Positions 18,674 to 20,000 of a stretch of DNA of 20,000 nt are shown here, piece after piece. The DNA is taken from the IMG/VR virus record IMGVR_UViG_3300013132_000038. One strand, given 5' to 3'. The translations under genes were made by a program, and so were the position numbers. The stretch is from an uncultured virus (IMG/VR IMGVR_UViG_3300013132_000038) (Duplodnaviria; Heunggongvirae; Uroviricota; Caudoviricetes). How positions within the stretch are numbered: position 1 is the stretch's first letter; each line of letters begins with the position of its first letter. A model generated the notes under the pieces. That model saw only the letters and a list, made by a program, of their open reading frames with translations. It ran no database searches and was not told the DNA's origin.

Positions 18674-20000
18674 ATGCCTCAAATATCCAGATTACCAGTA
18701 ACTATGATCGCAAGCGTCGAGCCCGGATCAGTTACTGTTAATAGTTACTATAATAATCCATCTAGTGTCTGGGACGGGTTTCCATCAAGTTTTGATTGCA
18801 CATTAAATTTAATAGCAACTCCTACATCACAGGAGCCTAATTTTACTTTTGATGCTAACGATCTAACAGTAGGCATGTGGTTTTTACAGCCTAATGGTAA
18901 TGCTTTTTCGATAACCGATATTAATGTTATCAATAACTTAGAAGTAGACGTAACTTTAAAAGATGTAGATCTTTATAATCTAGTAAGTGACTACACAGTA
19001 TCCGGTAATAACTACCCAACAGAGGGTATAAATGGAATAACATTTGAGGTATCCGAAGATGGTGCTCCTGTAACGGCTTTAATAGCAACTGCACTAGCCC
19101 CAAATCTAGACGAAAATGGATACTGGATAGATGATGCGTTAGCCAGATTTCAATTTAGAAACATAGTTAAAGCTAGCTATACGAACGTTTTTTCCCCCAA
19201 TCCAACATATTCACTATTTAATGTAGGCCAAGTTGTTTATTTAGACATTTACGGTGTTTTTGATATAGTAGACACAACATCATTAACAGAGGTAGAAAAA
19301 GCATTCGGAGTTATAACATCGATAGATGAGCCCGAATCGGGAAATATAAACGTTAGGCCCTTCGGTAGAATAGTAACGACACCTTTTATTTTACCAGGAA
19401 ATATTGGCGAAGTATTATATTTTGATAATAGTGTTACTCCTTCCTATGTTACTAATGTTAAACCAGTAGTAAACCCAATACCAGTCTATATTAAAATAAG
19501 TGACTATGTTGGTTCTTATTTGTACCCTGCACAAGGGAGTGGGTCAGGAACAACATCAGGAACCAGCGGAACATCTGGTATAGATGGATCTTCTGGAACT
19601 TCGGGAACGGACGGAACTAGCGGATCTTCTGGGGCATCAGGAACTAGTGGATCCTCAGGAACAGATGGAACTAGTGGAAGCTCAGGATCTTCAGGAACAA
19701 GTGGATCTAGTGGATCTTCGGGGACAAGTGGAAGCTCGGGATCTTCAGGAACAAGTGGATCTTCAGGAACAAGTGGATCTAGTGGATCTTCGGGAACAAG
19801 TGGAAGCTCAGGATCTTCAGGAACAGACGGAACAAGTGGATCTTCAGGAACAAGTGGATCTAGTGGATCTTCGGGGACAAGTGGAAGCTCAGGATCTTCA
19901 GGAACAAGTGGATCTAGTGGATCTTCAGGAACAAGTGGAAGCTCAGGATCTTCAGGAACAAGTGGAAGCTCAGGATCTTCAGGAACAGACGGAACAAGTG
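18674..20000 (+). CDS. structural/fibre-like protein with Gly-X-Ser repeats, 3'-truncated
   Basis: Not in the ORF track because it has no stop. Manual translation MPQISRLPVTMIASVEPGSV...YWIDDALARFQFRN...VRPFGR...YPAQGSGSGTTSGTSGTSGIDGSSGTS... stays open to the window end. Confidence 0.85.
   Translation, partial: MPQISRLPVTMIASVEPGSVTVNSYYNNPSSVWDGFPSSFDCTLNLIATPTSQEPNFTFDANDLTVGMWFLQPNGNAFSITDINVINNLEVDVTLKDVDLYNLVSDYTVSGNNYPTEGINGITFEVSEDGAPVTALIATALAPNLDENGYWIDDALARFQFRNIVKASYTNVFSPNPTYSLFNVGQVVYLDIYGVFDIVDTTSLTEVEKAFGVITSIDEPESGNINVRPFGRIVTTPFILPGNIGEVLYFDNSVTPSYVTNVKPVVNPIPVYIKISDYVGSYLYPAQGSGSGTTSGTSGTSGIDGSSGTSGTDGTSGSSGASGTSGSSGTDGTSGSSGSSGTSGSSGSSGTSGSSGSSGTSGSSGTSGSSGSSGTSGSSGSSGTDGTSGSSGTSGSSGSSGTSGSSGSSGTSGSSGSSGTSGSSGSSGTSGSSGSSGTDGTS
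19559..20000 (+). repeat. 9-nt-unit tandem repeat encoding GTS/GSS/GTD
   Basis: About 49 units such as GGAACAAGT, GGAAGCTCA, GGATCTTCA, GGATCTAGT, with recurring 27-nt higher-order blocks. Confidence 0.95.

Noticed and set aside
19559..20000. Possible CRISPR array or non-coding satellite
   Set aside because: No unique spacers; strict 9-nt in-frame periodicity with synonymous variation shows it is coding.

Overview
AT-rich, gene-dense fragment of a large T4-like (probably jumbo) myovirus genome, with every credible gene on the + strand. The likely host is Bacteroidota (inference: A-rich translation starts without Shine-Dalgarno motifs). Gene order: partial PD-(D/E)XK nuclease; hypothetical; membrane/coiled-coil protein; a tandem pair of paralogous unknown proteins; a 772-aa probable head protein; minimal gp55-like late sigma factor; gp4-like head completion nuclease; gp2-like DNA end protector; TWO intact tandem gp20-like portal genes; ATP-dependent DNA ligase; Zn-ribbon basic protein; gp44 clamp loader; guanylate kinase; RNase H/5'-3' exonuclease; probable gp62; a collagen-like fibre protein; and a truncated Gly-X-Ser repeat protein. 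The three most notable signals: (1) a candidate programmed -1 frameshift (A_AAA_AAG + stop + 15-bp hairpin) at the end of the 772-aa gene, opening an ATG-less 83-codon frame whose stop overlaps the late-sigma start (ATGA); (2) duplicated portal genes; (3) a recurring GATA(T/A)ATA motif before structural genes, a candidate variant of the T4 late promoter. All homology calls are from motif recognition by eye; no database search was run.
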